Shown in pieces: positions 20,311-30,130 of a stretch of DNA of 64,000 bases (position 1 is its first letter; each line of letters starts with the position of its first letter). The notes under the pieces were generated by a model, which saw nothing but the letters and a program-made list of their open reading frames with translations, ran no database searches and was not told the DNA's origin. The stretch is from Bythopirellula sp. (GTDB taxonomy: Bacteria > Planctomycetota > Planctomycetia > Pirellulales > Lacipirellulaceae). A program made the translations under genes and the position numbers. The stretch is from the NCBI GenBank assembly GCA_965216565.1, contig OZ244170.1:3392001-3456000 (forward strand). The letters run 5' to 3'.

Positions 20311-21967
20311 ATCTAGTCCTGCTCGACCACAGGCTGCGGAGAATTCTGCCACATGGAATCCCGACAAGTGCAGTCATGACTAACCCGCACGAACAAGGCT
20401 CTGGAACAACCGCCGCGGCAGCCTGACTGGCGGGCGCATGAATTGCACGTTGCTGCCAATGGAGAAAGTCCAGCCCATCGACGTCGGTATCGCCATCGGC
20501 ATCGCCCGCAGTCATCGAGCTTCCACCACTCGAACCGTAGCCCGCTTCCCAGGCGGAGAGATCATTGCCGTCGACGTCACCGTCGTAGTCGAAGTCGCCG
20601 AGCTCAGGTAGTAAACTCCCATCGGGATTGTGAGCCACACCATCTAGATAGATGGTCGCATCTCCCTGGCCACTGAATTGGATGGAGTCGAGGGTAATTG
20701 CCGTGCCACCGATCGTTCCGTCGGCCAGCGATGTCCAAGCTTCCCACTGGGCATCGTCGCTGAGGTCCCACTGATAGAGGTGCCAATTACCATCAGCAAT
20801 GACGGCTTTGCTCAGACCGCGGTCACTAGTCTTCGCTGGATCGTCCACCGCCAACTGCACGGTGATCCCTGGGTCGTCGGTCTTCAACCAAAAGCCAAGG
20901 TACCCTTCCGCGTCAATCCACTCGTTCGAAGCTGGCCTAGAGGGCGGGCTGCCAATACCTGAGAGATGCCTCAAAAACCAACCTGATGGATCGCCATCAA
21001 TGACAATCTTCTGCGAGGCAGCGCCATCGTGGGCTTGCTCCGTAACGCGCGTTGCCGACGACCCACCAAATATTCCTTGGTTCGAACCCGAAAAGCTAGT
21101 CGGCCAATTGAAGTAGCCTTCGTCTAACTCAAAGTCTGTGAGCGTGTTCATATTTTCAAAAGGAGAAGCTGGAATTGTCGGCGGACCGATTAGAAGTTTT
21201 TCCAAGTCCGCCATGCTGCCATTGAACACGTCGCCATCAACGCCCCCAGCGATTCCCGGGACCGAAGAACTATCCGTCCATTGCCAAAATTTCCAATCGG
21301 TCCAGTTGGGCGTGTCTGAGGCTACCGGAGGATCGGTTGTGCCGGTGCCTTTCCACCACGCCAGCCACAAATCGTGCGTAGCCGCTTGCTCGGCTTCGTA
21401 CCGGTTGTTTGCCCTCCACAGCCCCGAGTAGATCATCGGGCGTACGCCCAACGAATCGTTGACCGTGTCTGAAAATATCTGAGCCCAACGGGAGACAAAT
21501 TCTCTTTCCAAAGCCAGGTTGCCAAAGTCGGGGTCCTTCTCCAAATCGAGTACTGGCAATAGATATGAGCCGGAATTGTAGTAGGGTGAGATGGCATCGA
21601 CAAAATCACTCGCTTCACTGACCGCGTCCAGATAGGGGTCGGTCCCCGGCAACAATGGCCCGCCGGCATACGAAGTGAATGGCACTCCGTTCTTACTTTC
21701 CGGTCGAGCAAAATGATAAGGCCCCACCAATACACCAGCAGCAGTTGCCCCCGCCATATTGGTATGGAACTTGGAGTCGGTAAAGTTCACACCCTCCGTG
21801 GCCTTAGTAAAGGCGAACTCGATCCCTGAGTTTTTTACTTGGGACCAATTGATGTTGCCTTGCCAATGCGAAACATCGATTCCCGAAATAAAAGGTTGCC
21901 CCCAAGCTGAGGAACCTAGCAGAAACAACACGAAGCATGCGTTGCCAAGACGAGGTCTACGCGACAT
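20300..21967 (-). CDS. Glycoside hydrolase family 25 (lysozyme) with Ca-binding repeats and PEP-CTERM-like tail
   Basis: GIDVSHWQG, KATEG, YHFARP, LDLE, WKFWQWT, VDGD; GDFDYDGDVDG repeats; VPEP near the C-terminus. Confidence 0.9.
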   Translation of the reverse strand: MSRRPRLGNACFVLFLLGSSAWGQPFISGIDVSHWQGNINWSQVKNSGIEFAFTKATEGVNFTDSKFHTNMAGATAAGVLVGPYHFARPESKNGVPFTSYAGGPLLPGTDPYLDAVSEASDFVDAISPYYNSGSYLLPVLDLEKDPDFGNLALEREFVSRWAQIFSDTVNDSLGVRPMIYSGLWRANNRYEAEQAATHDLWLAWWKGTGTTDPPVASDTPNWTDWKFWQWTDSSSVPGIAGGVDGDVFNGSMADLEKLLIGPPTIPASPFENMNTLTDFELDEGYFNWPTSFSGSNQGIFGGSSATRVTEQAHDGAASQKIVIDGDPSGWFLRHLSGIGSPPSRPASNEWIDAEGYLGFWLKTDDPGITVQLAVDDPAKTSDRGLSKAVIADGNWHLYQWDLSDDAQWEAWTSLADGTIGGTAITLDSIQFSGQGDATIYLDGVAHNPDGSLLPELGDFDYDGDVDGNDLSAWEAGYGSSGGSSMTAGDADGDTDVDGLDFLHWQQRAIHAPASQAAAAVVPEPCSCGLVMTALVGIPCGRILRSLWSSRTRSRK

Positions 21968-22026
21968 GGAAGGTACCTGAGATACGAATGCTGGACGGGT
22001 AAGGTCGAAGGTAAGAAGGTCCCTCC

Positions 22027-22100
22027 ATCTTATGTTTTACCGTAAGTTCCTGGCAAACACGCAAATGCGTTTGCCAGTCGCGAAATAACGCAGCTATAAT
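22027..22100. promoter_or_regulatory. Back-to-back sigma70-type promoters sharing a palindrome
   Basis: plus strand TTGCCA(22071)-N18-TATAAT(22095); minus strand TTGCCA(22056)-N18-TAAGAT(22032). Confidence 0.55.
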
Positions 22101-22158
22101 GATAGATATCGTTATTTCTTCGGTACTTTATCAGGCACCCACTCAAGACAACGTCGCC

Positions 22159-22431
22159 ATGGAAAAAAAGCAACTACAAGAGAGTCTGAACTCGCTGCAT
22201 AGCGAACTGAGTGATCGTGACGCGATTGACGGTAAGACTCGCGATCTACTGAAGACTCTCTCCGAGGACATCGATCGACTGCTAGACGATAGCACTGAGA
22301 ACACCCCCGAGGATGTCGAGCCAATTTCCGACCAGGTCCAGGACCTCGTCTTGAAATTCGAAGCTGATCACCCCCAGCTAACCGCCGCTTTAAACCGAGT
22401 TGCGTTGGCGCTGGCAAACATGGGTATCTAG
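22159..22431 (+). CDS. DUF4404 family protein
   Basis: LQESLNSLHSEL...FEADHPQLTAALNRVALALANMGI. Confidence 0.85.
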   Translation: MEKKQLQESLNSLHSELSDRDAIDGKTRDLLKTLSEDIDRLLDDSTENTPEDVEPISDQVQDLVLKFEADHPQLTAALNRVALALANMGI

Positions 22432-22566
22432 GCGACTCCCTTTGCTAGTACCTGTCCCTCTTTTCCTCACCTAGTTGCCACGCGTTTCTTGACGTGGGAT
22501 ACTAGAGCTTGGGTCGCCTCGAACCATCAAACTTTTTTTGCCAGAATTGTTGCAGGGGATATTACC

Positions 22567-22893
22567 ATGAAATCGTTCGCCGTCTTGCTTTTGGGTTGCT
22601 CGCTATGGTTAGGTTCAGAAAGACTAGCTCAGGCACAGGTCGCCTATGTTTCTTACTACCATCCGGCACCCGTCTATAGCCAGCCTGTGGTATACACATC
22701 CAACTACGTGCCTTACACCACGAATTACGTACCCCATACGACTTACTATGCCCCGGCACCAGCGGTCTCGTACCAGCCTGTTGCCCGTGTGCGAACCCGA
22801 TATCGTCCCCTTTTGGGCGGCTCCGTGACCCGTGTGCGGTATGGTTATGCCCCTGTTTATCATCCCCCGGCACCGGTTGTGGTTGCCTATTGA
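22567..22893 (+). CDS. Small secreted Tyr/Pro/Val-rich protein
   Basis: AGGGG RBS, signal peptide ending AQA, repeated TTNYVP / YYAPAP. Confidence 0.75.
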   Translation: MKSFAVLLLGCSLWLGSERLAQAQVAYVSYYHPAPVYSQPVVYTSNYVPYTTNYVPHTTYYAPAPAVSYQPVARVRTRYRPLLGGSVTRVRYGYAPVYHPPAPVVVAY

Positions 22894-22978
22894 GGCTCAA
22901 AGGCCGAGACTAGGGGCTGCGTGGTGACAAGTAGGTCACCTCCAGCCTACCGCCTGACGTCCGACGCCTTCCTCAATT

Positions 22979-25678
22979 ATGGCCGAGCTAAAGACTTTTC
23001 TCTTTACCGACATCTGTCGCAGCGTTGATCTCAAGAACGAGATGATCGGTCGGAGCATGACCGAACGCGACGCGGCGTTTGTTTCTCAAATCCTCTCGCC
23101 CCATCGACTGTACATCGAGCAGGATCTTGCGGAGAACGGGGGACGCGTTGTCTCTACGGCAGGCGATGGACACTTTCTGGTTTTTCAAAATACGGTGCTT
23201 GCCGCCCAGTGGGCTGCCAGCGTCCAACGCCTTCATCACGAGAAACCAATTGAGACCCCCGGCGGCGGAAACGTCGAAGTCCGCATCAGCATGCACGTCG
23301 GCGTGCCACAAGTAGACCCTAACGACCCAGACAATTTTGTCGGCAAGACGGTCGACTACGCAGCACGGCTCAACGACTACGCCAATGGCAGTCAAATCCT
23401 TGTGTCGCGTAGTGTGATGGCCATTCTGGATGACATCGGGCTAGATGGCATCTCATTTCATAATCACGGTCGCCGTCACCTCAAGGGCATTGGACAGGTC
23501 GAAGTTCATGAGTTGCTTTACGATGAAGACGGCCCACGCACTCCCAGGCAACGGCCCCAAAGTCATTCCGACCGCCAGTGGACGGTCATTCCTACCGTCG
23601 GTTTCGAAGGTAGCGAAGGCTCTGGTGATGGGTCCGATGTTTCGCTTGCCGCGCCGCCCAGCTTGAAACGAGCGGGCAACTATCAGCTAGAAGAAGTCCT
23701 CGGCAGCGGCGGCATGGGCGATGTCTACAAGGGCCGACATTTGCAGTTTGGACGAGTGCGGGCCGTTAAGGTGATCAAGCCACAGTATGTGGCCTCCGGC
23801 AATAAAGAAATGATCCGCCGCTTCTATCAGGAAATCAAAGCGGTGGGGACACTGGAACATAAGAATATTGTGGTGGCGATTGACTCCTCCACGCCCGAGG
23901 ATCGATTGCATTATCTGGTGATGGAATACATCGACGGGGTGGCCCTCAACGACTTGGTCGATCAGGCGGGTCATTTTCGCGTTGCTGATGCTTGCGAAAT
24001 CATTCGACAAGCAGCACGAGGGTTGCAATATATTCATCGCAATAACATGGTGCACCGCGACATAAAGCCTTCGAACCTGATGATTTCGCTATTCGATAGC
24101 GATGGCGTGACGTCGAGCACAGCCGTGCCCCACGAGGGCGAGGAGATGGTGGGCGTCGTCAAGATTCTCGACCTGGGTTTGGCATTATTGAACGAGGAGC
24201 AGAACGAACGTCTGACGCGGTTTGATAACAAAGCGATGGGTACCGGCATGTATATGTCGCCCGAGCAATGGAAAACCACCAGCGTCGATATTCGTGCCGA
24301 TATCTACAGCCTGGGTTGTACGCTATATCATTTGTTGGCCGGTAATCCGCCGTTCTTCGATTCTGATCTTCGTCCAGAGAAAGCGCACGAGAAATCGGCG
24401 ATCCCGCCCATTAATACTGGCGACAACATTCCGCGTAAGTTATGGGATGTGTTGCGAAAAATGACCGCCAAGAAGCCCGAGGATCGCTACGCCACGCCAG
24501 CGGAAGTCTCGATGGCACTCACACCTTTTACCGAGGGCAGCGACCTCGTTTCCCTCGTGCGTCAATATGTCGATCCCAATAGTTCACCCAGTTCTATTCG
24601 ACATACCCGCGTCGACTCTGGTGCAGGTGTCGACACCTGGCTATCGCGGGCTACCCATCTTTATCCGACGCGTCGCTGGCTATTCGGTCGCGCCATCCCA
24701 CTACTCTTACTTGGTTTTGGACTAGCGAGTGTGTTTTATGTGATGCAGCAGAATCGCAAGAATACCATTGCCGAGGGAATGCTACGCGAGCGAAAGAGTC
24801 TGCTCAAAAGTGCTGACAATGGCGAAGAGTGGCTCGGCAAAGAGATCACAAAACGGTTTGACATTTTGCTCAAGGCAGCCAGCGACCCACAACTGGGCGA
24901 TTTAATAAAGAATTTCGACGCAGAAGAGGTTCGCAGCCAGGAAGCCGATCACCCGCTCATCGCATGGATCGAGAAACAGCGGAAAGATAATTACGACGAT
25001 GCGCACTCCAGCAGTTGGTTCATCAACGACTCCCAAGGCCGTCAAATCGCTCGACATCCCTTCTTCGAAGACGGGCATATCGTGAACAGTTTTATGGGCG
25101 ATTACTCGCATCGAGACTACTTTCATGGCGAGGACAATCAACGGGAGGAAGATAATACCGAGAGTGTCCGTCCGATCGAGGCACCCAATATCTCGGCGGT
25201 GTATATCAGCAGTAGCAGTGGCAAGCTGAAAGTGGCGTTTTCTGTACCCATCTGGTCGCAGCCCGAAGGAGACGATGAGCCTCAGGTGCTTGGGGTGCTC
25301 TCTTCTTCATTTAATCTAGGCGACTTCGAAGTCTCTGGCCTTCCGCATAGCGAAGGCGAGCAGATTGTGTTGGTCGATATGCGCGTCGACTATTTGGAAG
25401 GTGAAGCCAAGCGGGGATTGATCCTTAACCACGAGCATCAAAGCATCTGGAAAGAAAAAGTGCCGCCGCGAGTTTCCAAGCAGGTTCGCGAGGCAATGCT
25501 GGCCGGGGAGGATCGATTCATTCCCGGTTATCGCGATCCGCTTTCGATTGATGGGGAGAAAACATTCTGGGGTGCTTTCGCCCCGATCGATTACTCGCTC
25601 CGCGACCTAAAAACCGGCCGCATGAGAAAAGTCCCCTCAGGCTGGACGGTGCTGGTGCAGACCGAGGCGATTGAGTAG
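22979..25678 (+). CDS. Class III nucleotidyl cyclase - Ser/Thr protein kinase - TM - Cache-like sensor fusion
   Basis: FTDI, AGDG, RISMHVG, VDYAAR (cyclase); GSGGMG, AVK, HRDIKPSN, DLG, SPEQ (kinase); one TM; YSHRDYF..ISAVY..VAFSVPI (Cache-like). Confidence 0.88.
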   Translation: MAELKTFLFTDICRSVDLKNEMIGRSMTERDAAFVSQILSPHRLYIEQDLAENGGRVVSTAGDGHFLVFQNTVLAAQWAASVQRLHHEKPIETPGGGNVEVRISMHVGVPQVDPNDPDNFVGKTVDYAARLNDYANGSQILVSRSVMAILDDIGLDGISFHNHGRRHLKGIGQVEVHELLYDEDGPRTPRQRPQSHSDRQWTVIPTVGFEGSEGSGDGSDVSLAAPPSLKRAGNYQLEEVLGSGGMGDVYKGRHLQFGRVRAVKVIKPQYVASGNKEMIRRFYQEIKAVGTLEHKNIVVAIDSSTPEDRLHYLVMEYIDGVALNDLVDQAGHFRVADACEIIRQAARGLQYIHRNNMVHRDIKPSNLMISLFDSDGVTSSTAVPHEGEEMVGVVKILDLGLALLNEEQNERLTRFDNKAMGTGMYMSPEQWKTTSVDIRADIYSLGCTLYHLLAGNPPFFDSDLRPEKAHEKSAIPPINTGDNIPRKLWDVLRKMTAKKPEDRYATPAEVSMALTPFTEGSDLVSLVRQYVDPNSSPSSIRHTRVDSGAGVDTWLSRATHLYPTRRWLFGRAIPLLLLGFGLASVFYVMQQNRKNTIAEGMLRERKSLLKSADNGEEWLGKEITKRFDILLKAASDPQLGDLIKNFDAEEVRSQEADHPLIAWIEKQRKDNYDDAHSSSWFINDSQGRQIARHPFFEDGHIVNSFMGDYSHRDYFHGEDNQREEDNTESVRPIEAPNISAVYISSSSGKLKVAFSVPIWSQPEGDDEPQVLGVLSSSFNLGDFEVSGLPHSEGEQIVLVDMRVDYLEGEAKRGLILNHEHQSIWKEKVPPRVSKQVREAMLAGEDRFIPGYRDPLSIDGEKTFWGAFAPIDYSLRDLKTGRMRKVPSGWTVLVQTEAIE

Positions 25679-25710
25679 AACCAGATTCAAAAATCGAATA
25701 AAGACCTATG

Positions 25711-25789
25711 TGAGCCGGCGGCGCTACCTGCTAGTAGCGTAAATCGAGGTGTTGTTTAGATGCCACCCGATGCTAGCGCGTTCGGCTCA
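25711..25789. repeat. Inverted-repeat element TGAGCCG..GCGCTA / TAGCGC..CGGCTCA
   Basis: complementary arms flank a spacer between convergent genes. Confidence 0.6.
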
Positions 25790-25830
25790 TTGATCTTCAA
25801 ACTGCTTCTAGCCAGAATTCAACATCCCAT

Positions 25831-25867
25831 AAAAAAGAAAAGCCGACGATTTCTCGCCGGCTTTTCT
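25831..25867 (-). terminator. Intrinsic terminator of the cold-shock gene
   Basis: AGAAAAGCCG/CGGCTTTTCT stem; T-run on the minus strand. Confidence 0.8.
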
Positions 25868-25888
25868 GTTATTTGGATTCGCTATGAA

Positions 25889-26086
25889 CTAAACAGGTGT
25901 TACCTGCTCAGCTCGCGGGCCCTTGGGACCTGTGCCTTCAACATAGGTCACTTTTTGGCCTTCCTTCAGGTCGTCAAAGTGAACACCTTCGACGTTCGAC
26001 ATGTGGAAAAACATGTCCTGATTTGTGCCGTTGTCAATGAATCCAAAACCTTTGTCCGTTAGTCGCTTAATAGTACCTTCAGCCAT
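25889..26086 (-). CDS. Cold-shock protein
   Basis: KGFGFI and FFHMS RNP motifs, KGPRA; 65 aa. Confidence 0.95.
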   Translation of the reverse strand: MAEGTIKRLTDKGFGFIDNGTNQDMFFHMSNVEGVHFDDLKEGQKVTYVEGTGPKGPRAEQVTPV

Positions 26087-26358
26087 CTCAAAAAAACCTC
26101 AACAAAAAAAGCTCGATGCTGACCCAAGATCAACGCAAAAATGCGGCCGCATCGTTCTTTGAATATAGCGGATCGGCTCTAGATATCAATCGTCTATCGA
26201 GAGAATAATTCGCACCCAGAAGCTAGCTATTTCAGTGCTTTTACACTTCGGTCGCAGACCGAGAAAGCCCTATCTTAACTGGCTAGGGTTCCGCTCGTGT
26301 GGCTTCGATATTCGTGGAGAAACCCAATTTGTGTATCGAGTTTGCCAATTGGGGACGT

Positions 26359-27444
26359 CTATTTGCGTTCGCTAGTCGCAGGCTTGGCCACCAGTTCTAG
26401 GAGGCGATCCACAATGCCCGCCACAAAATGTTGAGTCAGCGTTGCCGCCAGGATCATCAGAATAGCACGCGGCTGATCTCTAAGCACCTCGCCCGCCAGC
26501 ACTAACGCTAATCCGTTGTGCTTCATACTGAATCCGAAAATGAGCGACACCAACGATGGGCGATCCAAGCGAAAAAGGCGTGATGTCACCCAGGCGGAAA
26601 GAACGCCTAAAGCCGATAGAGAGACTGCCAAGACGACGGCAAAGAGGATGGCCTTGAGGCTTTCGCTAGAGAAAATCTCCGAACTGTCAGTCACAGCCAG
26701 CGATGCGTTGGTGTAGTTGAGCGTCAGCAGGGACACAGAACTCACCAACCGAATCAAGCCCCGCTGCTTTTCGATGGCCTCGACGCCGACAATCCGATTG
26801 TAGGTGAGCCCTGCCGCAGAAGGCAGGATCACCCAGATAATGAAAAAGACCCCCGAGAATCGCACCACAAGTTCTTCCGTCTGCTTTGTCTCCTCGGGAG
26901 ATAGCAGAAAGCCCATCAGCTTGAGCATCTGCGGTGTGGCCAGCGGGCTCAATACGATCGTGACAATTATGAGCCCCAAACCAAGTGCTACATTGCCACG
27001 AGCACTTTGGGTCCAGGCCACCGAAGAGTTGGCCACCGGCATGGCCGCGATCAAGGCGAGACCTACCATCAATCCCACGGAAGCAGATTCGCCAATGGCA
27101 AACGGCAGTGCACGGCTGAGCAGACTGATATACAGCCCAGGCACCACCCAGACGAATAACAACGCCACCAGCAGGATGCCCGGTTTTTGCATGAGACTAC
27201 GCACTTGCGACCATTGGACCACCGAAGCAGCGCAAAACAATAGCAGCGCCAGCAGTATCATTGGGGCGGTGATATCGCTACCGGCTGATTGGCCGAACGT
27301 GAGCGAGCGAATCAGCCGTGCCGGTTCGGGCATGAACACAGCTAGTACATAGCTCAGCATCAATAGCCAAAGGAAGTTGCGATGCATCCAGCCCACAACG
27401 ACAGTAAACCAATGTCCATCCTTGTTGTTTTCCTCGAGCGCCAT
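26359..27444 (-). CDS. Bile acid:sodium symporter family protein
   Basis: AAMPVANSSVAWTQSARGNVAL, MKHNGLAL; about 10 TM segments. Confidence 0.85.
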   Translation of the reverse strand: MALEENNKDGHWFTVVVGWMHRNFLWLLMLSYVLAVFMPEPARLIRSLTFGQSAGSDITAPMILLALLLFCAASVVQWSQVRSLMQKPGILLVALLFVWVVPGLYISLLSRALPFAIGESASVGLMVGLALIAAMPVANSSVAWTQSARGNVALGLGLIIVTIVLSPLATPQMLKLMGFLLSPEETKQTEELVVRFSGVFFIIWVILPSAAGLTYNRIVGVEAIEKQRGLIRLVSSVSLLTLNYTNASLAVTDSSEIFSSESLKAILFAVVLAVSLSALGVLSAWVTSRLFRLDRPSLVSLIFGFSMKHNGLALVLAGEVLRDQPRAILMILAATLTQHFVAGIVDRLLELVAKPATSERK

Positions 27445-27747
27445 ACAAACTCTGTGAAATGCTCAGATCAGTTGCGTTGATTTAAAGGCTCGAGTGACTG
27501 GCGCCGGAGTACAGCCTCAGACTTGAGGCACCGGAATAAATTGAGACGCCCTGTGCGAAATTTATCTTTCTCTAAGAATAGCAGATGCAACCGCATCTTT
27601 CATCGCCAGTATCGCCCTTGGGGAGAACCTCTTCGACAGCAGCAGTGTCCATAGGACCTGCGAACCCCTATAGTGTCATGTCGCGACTGCGATGCCGATC
27701 CCCGCCTGCCTTCCCCCTCAAAATTCCTCCCTATCCATTCTCGCCTT

Positions 27748-29082
27748 ATGTCGACTGCCCTGGAACCAGCTGAAGAACAATTGGAGTTGTCCATTCAGGG
27801 TGGCGACAGTGTGGCTGCAGTGCAAGTTGTCGAACCGCCAGAGGCTCGCATTTTCTACGGTTGGGTGATGTTGCCTCTGGCTACCCTGCTGATGCTCGCG
27901 ACGAGTCCTGGTCAAACATTTGGTGTGGCATTCTTTAATACCCATTTCCTGGCTGAGTTTGGATTGAGCAAGACAGGTCTCTCGACTATCTACCTCGCGG
28001 CTACATTGCTGGCTTCATTCTGCATTCCTATGATTGGCCATTTGGTCGACAAGTTTGGCCTGCGTCTCGCCGTGCTCTGTGCCCTGACAGGCATGACTCT
28101 TGCCTGCGTTGGTTGTTCACAAATCACAGGTAGCTTCACGATGTTCTTGGCATTTCTTGCGCTTCGTGTAACGGGCCCAGGCACGCTGACATTGCTCTCC
28201 ACCAATACTCTGGCTGCCTGGTTTGATCGTCGACTTGGCAGAGTCAGCAGCATTACGCAAATTGCCATGGCAGGCAGTTGGGCAATTGTACCCGTGTTGT
28301 TTGTAACACTGATTGATACGTTCGGTTGGCGCGATGCCTATTTGGCAATCGCAGGTGTGTTTGCCTTGGGCATACTCCCGCTGATGGCTGCCTTCTATCG
28401 TCAATCGCCGGCGGAGCTAGGACAAGAACCCGATGGGGTGCGCTTCGACTTAGATGGATCCAAAAACCCCACGTCGTTTCAATATCAGTTCACGGTAGGC
28501 GAAGCGGCGCGGCACCATGCTTACTGGATCCTGGTTGCTTCCACCGCGCTGTGGGCATTGATCGGAACGGGTTTGATTTTCCATTTGGCCCCGGTTTACG
28601 AATCGATAGGACTGACGGCCAAAGATGGCACAAACTCATTGACCAGCTTGGCGGTGGTGATGGCAACCATGCAGCTCGTTGGAGGAGTATTGGCAGACCG
28701 CATTGCGTTGCGCTGGATTCTTCTCACTTCGATGTCGCTGCTTACCTTTGCTTGTGTGCTGTTTGCCACCGCAGAGACACATCGGATTCTATTTTTGGGC
28801 TACGTCGTGTATGGAGCTTCGCAAGGTCTGATGACGATCATCGCCAACACGGCTTGGGCAAGATTCTTCGGTCGGCAACACCTCGGTAAGATCCGCGGAA
28901 CATCTCTCACGGCCGCAGTCGCAGGAAGTGCTGTCGGCCCAGTGATGATGGGCGTGAGTGCCGACTACCTGGGTGGTTTTGCACCATCTTTCTGGCTATT
29001 CGCCGCAGTTGCCGGAGTGGTCACCCTGGCCGCATTCTGGGCGACACCACCCGAGAGCACTAAGCTCCCAACTGACGCCTAA
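27748..29082 (+). CDS. MFS transporter
   Basis: FYGW, SPGQT, GHLVDKFG, WFDRRLG, FFGRQHLGKIRG; about 12 TM segments. Confidence 0.9.
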   Translation: MSTALEPAEEQLELSIQGGDSVAAVQVVEPPEARIFYGWVMLPLATLLMLATSPGQTFGVAFFNTHFLAEFGLSKTGLSTIYLAATLLASFCIPMIGHLVDKFGLRLAVLCALTGMTLACVGCSQITGSFTMFLAFLALRVTGPGTLTLLSTNTLAAWFDRRLGRVSSITQIAMAGSWAIVPVLFVTLIDTFGWRDAYLAIAGVFALGILPLMAAFYRQSPAELGQEPDGVRFDLDGSKNPTSFQYQFTVGEAARHHAYWILVASTALWALIGTGLIFHLAPVYESIGLTAKDGTNSLTSLAVVMATMQLVGGVLADRIALRWILLTSMSLLTFACVLFATAETHRILFLGYVVYGASQGLMTIIANTAWARFFGRQHLGKIRGTSLTAAVAGSAVGPVMMGVSADYLGGFAPSFWLFAAVAGVVTLAAFWATPPESTKLPTDA

Positions 29083-29857
29083 GGTCCGCGACTGTGTCGC
29101 GTACCTGATCGAAATCTGCCAGGCGTTCTTCAAGTTCAGTCAGTTGACGTCGCAACGCGGCCACTTCAGACTTCAACTCGCTAACATCTGAGGAACCCCC
29201 GGCTGGAGCGGAACCCGCAGGCTGGGTCGCCGACGCACTTATTGAAGTCGGAACGGACGCTGCAGCAGGCGCCGACGCGGAGACGTCCGGCGGGGATGAA
29301 TCCTGGGCTGACCCGAACTCGTTGCGAAGCTTTTCCAATTCACGCTCTTCGTACAAACAATGAGTAACCACACATCCACGTCCCGGGGGAGTCAGGTATT
29401 GCAGCAGCCCTTTGTGACGCAAAGTTTCGACGATCGGCTGTAGCTCTGATATACCCTTGATGGGCTCCATGCGAGCGGCACGGCCCCGCAACTCGCCGAG
29501 TGTTTGGGCACCACGGAGCAACAACTCGGCCATCACCGCAAGTTCCACTTTATCGACACCCAACCATTCGTACATCAAGTGACGGTACTTCTCGGCTCGA
29601 CCATCGCCCTGAATCTGCGAAACGGCCCCCTCTTTCCGCAACACTTCTAAAGCGTCGTAAACCTGCTCTTCGTCGAGCTGCATTTGGGGCGACCGATTGC
29701 TTTTTTGGTTGCAACCATTCACCAACGAATTGAGCGTGAGCGGATAGTTGTCGGGCGTCGTCTTCGCCTTCTCGATGAGCACTCCGACAGCTCGGCGCTC
29801 GATTCGCCCGAGCGGATGCCAGCGCTGAGGATCTTGCTGGATGGTTTCGCCGGCCAT
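29060..29857 (-). CDS. DUF480 (YceH-like) protein
   Basis: GVLIEKAKTTPDNYPLTLNSLVNGCNQKSNR, LLLRGAQTLGELR. Confidence 0.92.
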   Translation of the reverse strand: MAGETIQQDPQRWHPLGRIERRAVGVLIEKAKTTPDNYPLTLNSLVNGCNQKSNRSPQMQLDEEQVYDALEVLRKEGAVSQIQGDGRAEKYRHLMYEWLGVDKVELAVMAELLLRGAQTLGELRGRAARMEPIKGISELQPIVETLRHKGLLQYLTPPGRGCVVTHCLYEERELEKLRNEFGSAQDSSPPDVSASAPAAASVPTSISASATQPAGSAPAGGSSDVSELKSEVAALRRQLTELEERLADFDQVRDTVADLRRQLGA

Positions 29858-30050
29858 AATTTTTCTTTCTCTCGTTCCTGAAGTCGAATGAGCCGAATGC
29901 CTTGGATGAATTGTCAGTTTACCACTGAATCGCCCGTAGGTAAGGGTCCGGTAGGCCCGGGCTACGTTACAAACCTGTTACGCTTGGCACGTTGGTAGAA
30001 TCGTAGAATTGAAAGAGGGCTCCTAGCACTACAGCCCAGCATCGGGAGTT

Positions 30051-30130
30051 GAAAAAAGGGACTGGCTCGACGCTCGGATTCGGTAGGCCCCGCCAACGGA
30101 CGCAGTGTCGTCGTGCCTGTCCCTTTTTTC
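30051..30130. repeat. 80-bp element with 22-bp terminal inverted repeats
   Basis: left GAAAAAAGGGACTGGCTCGACG vs reverse-complemented right arm GAAAAAAGGGACAGGCACGACG (20/22); third GGGACAGGCAC at 30161. Confidence 0.75.
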
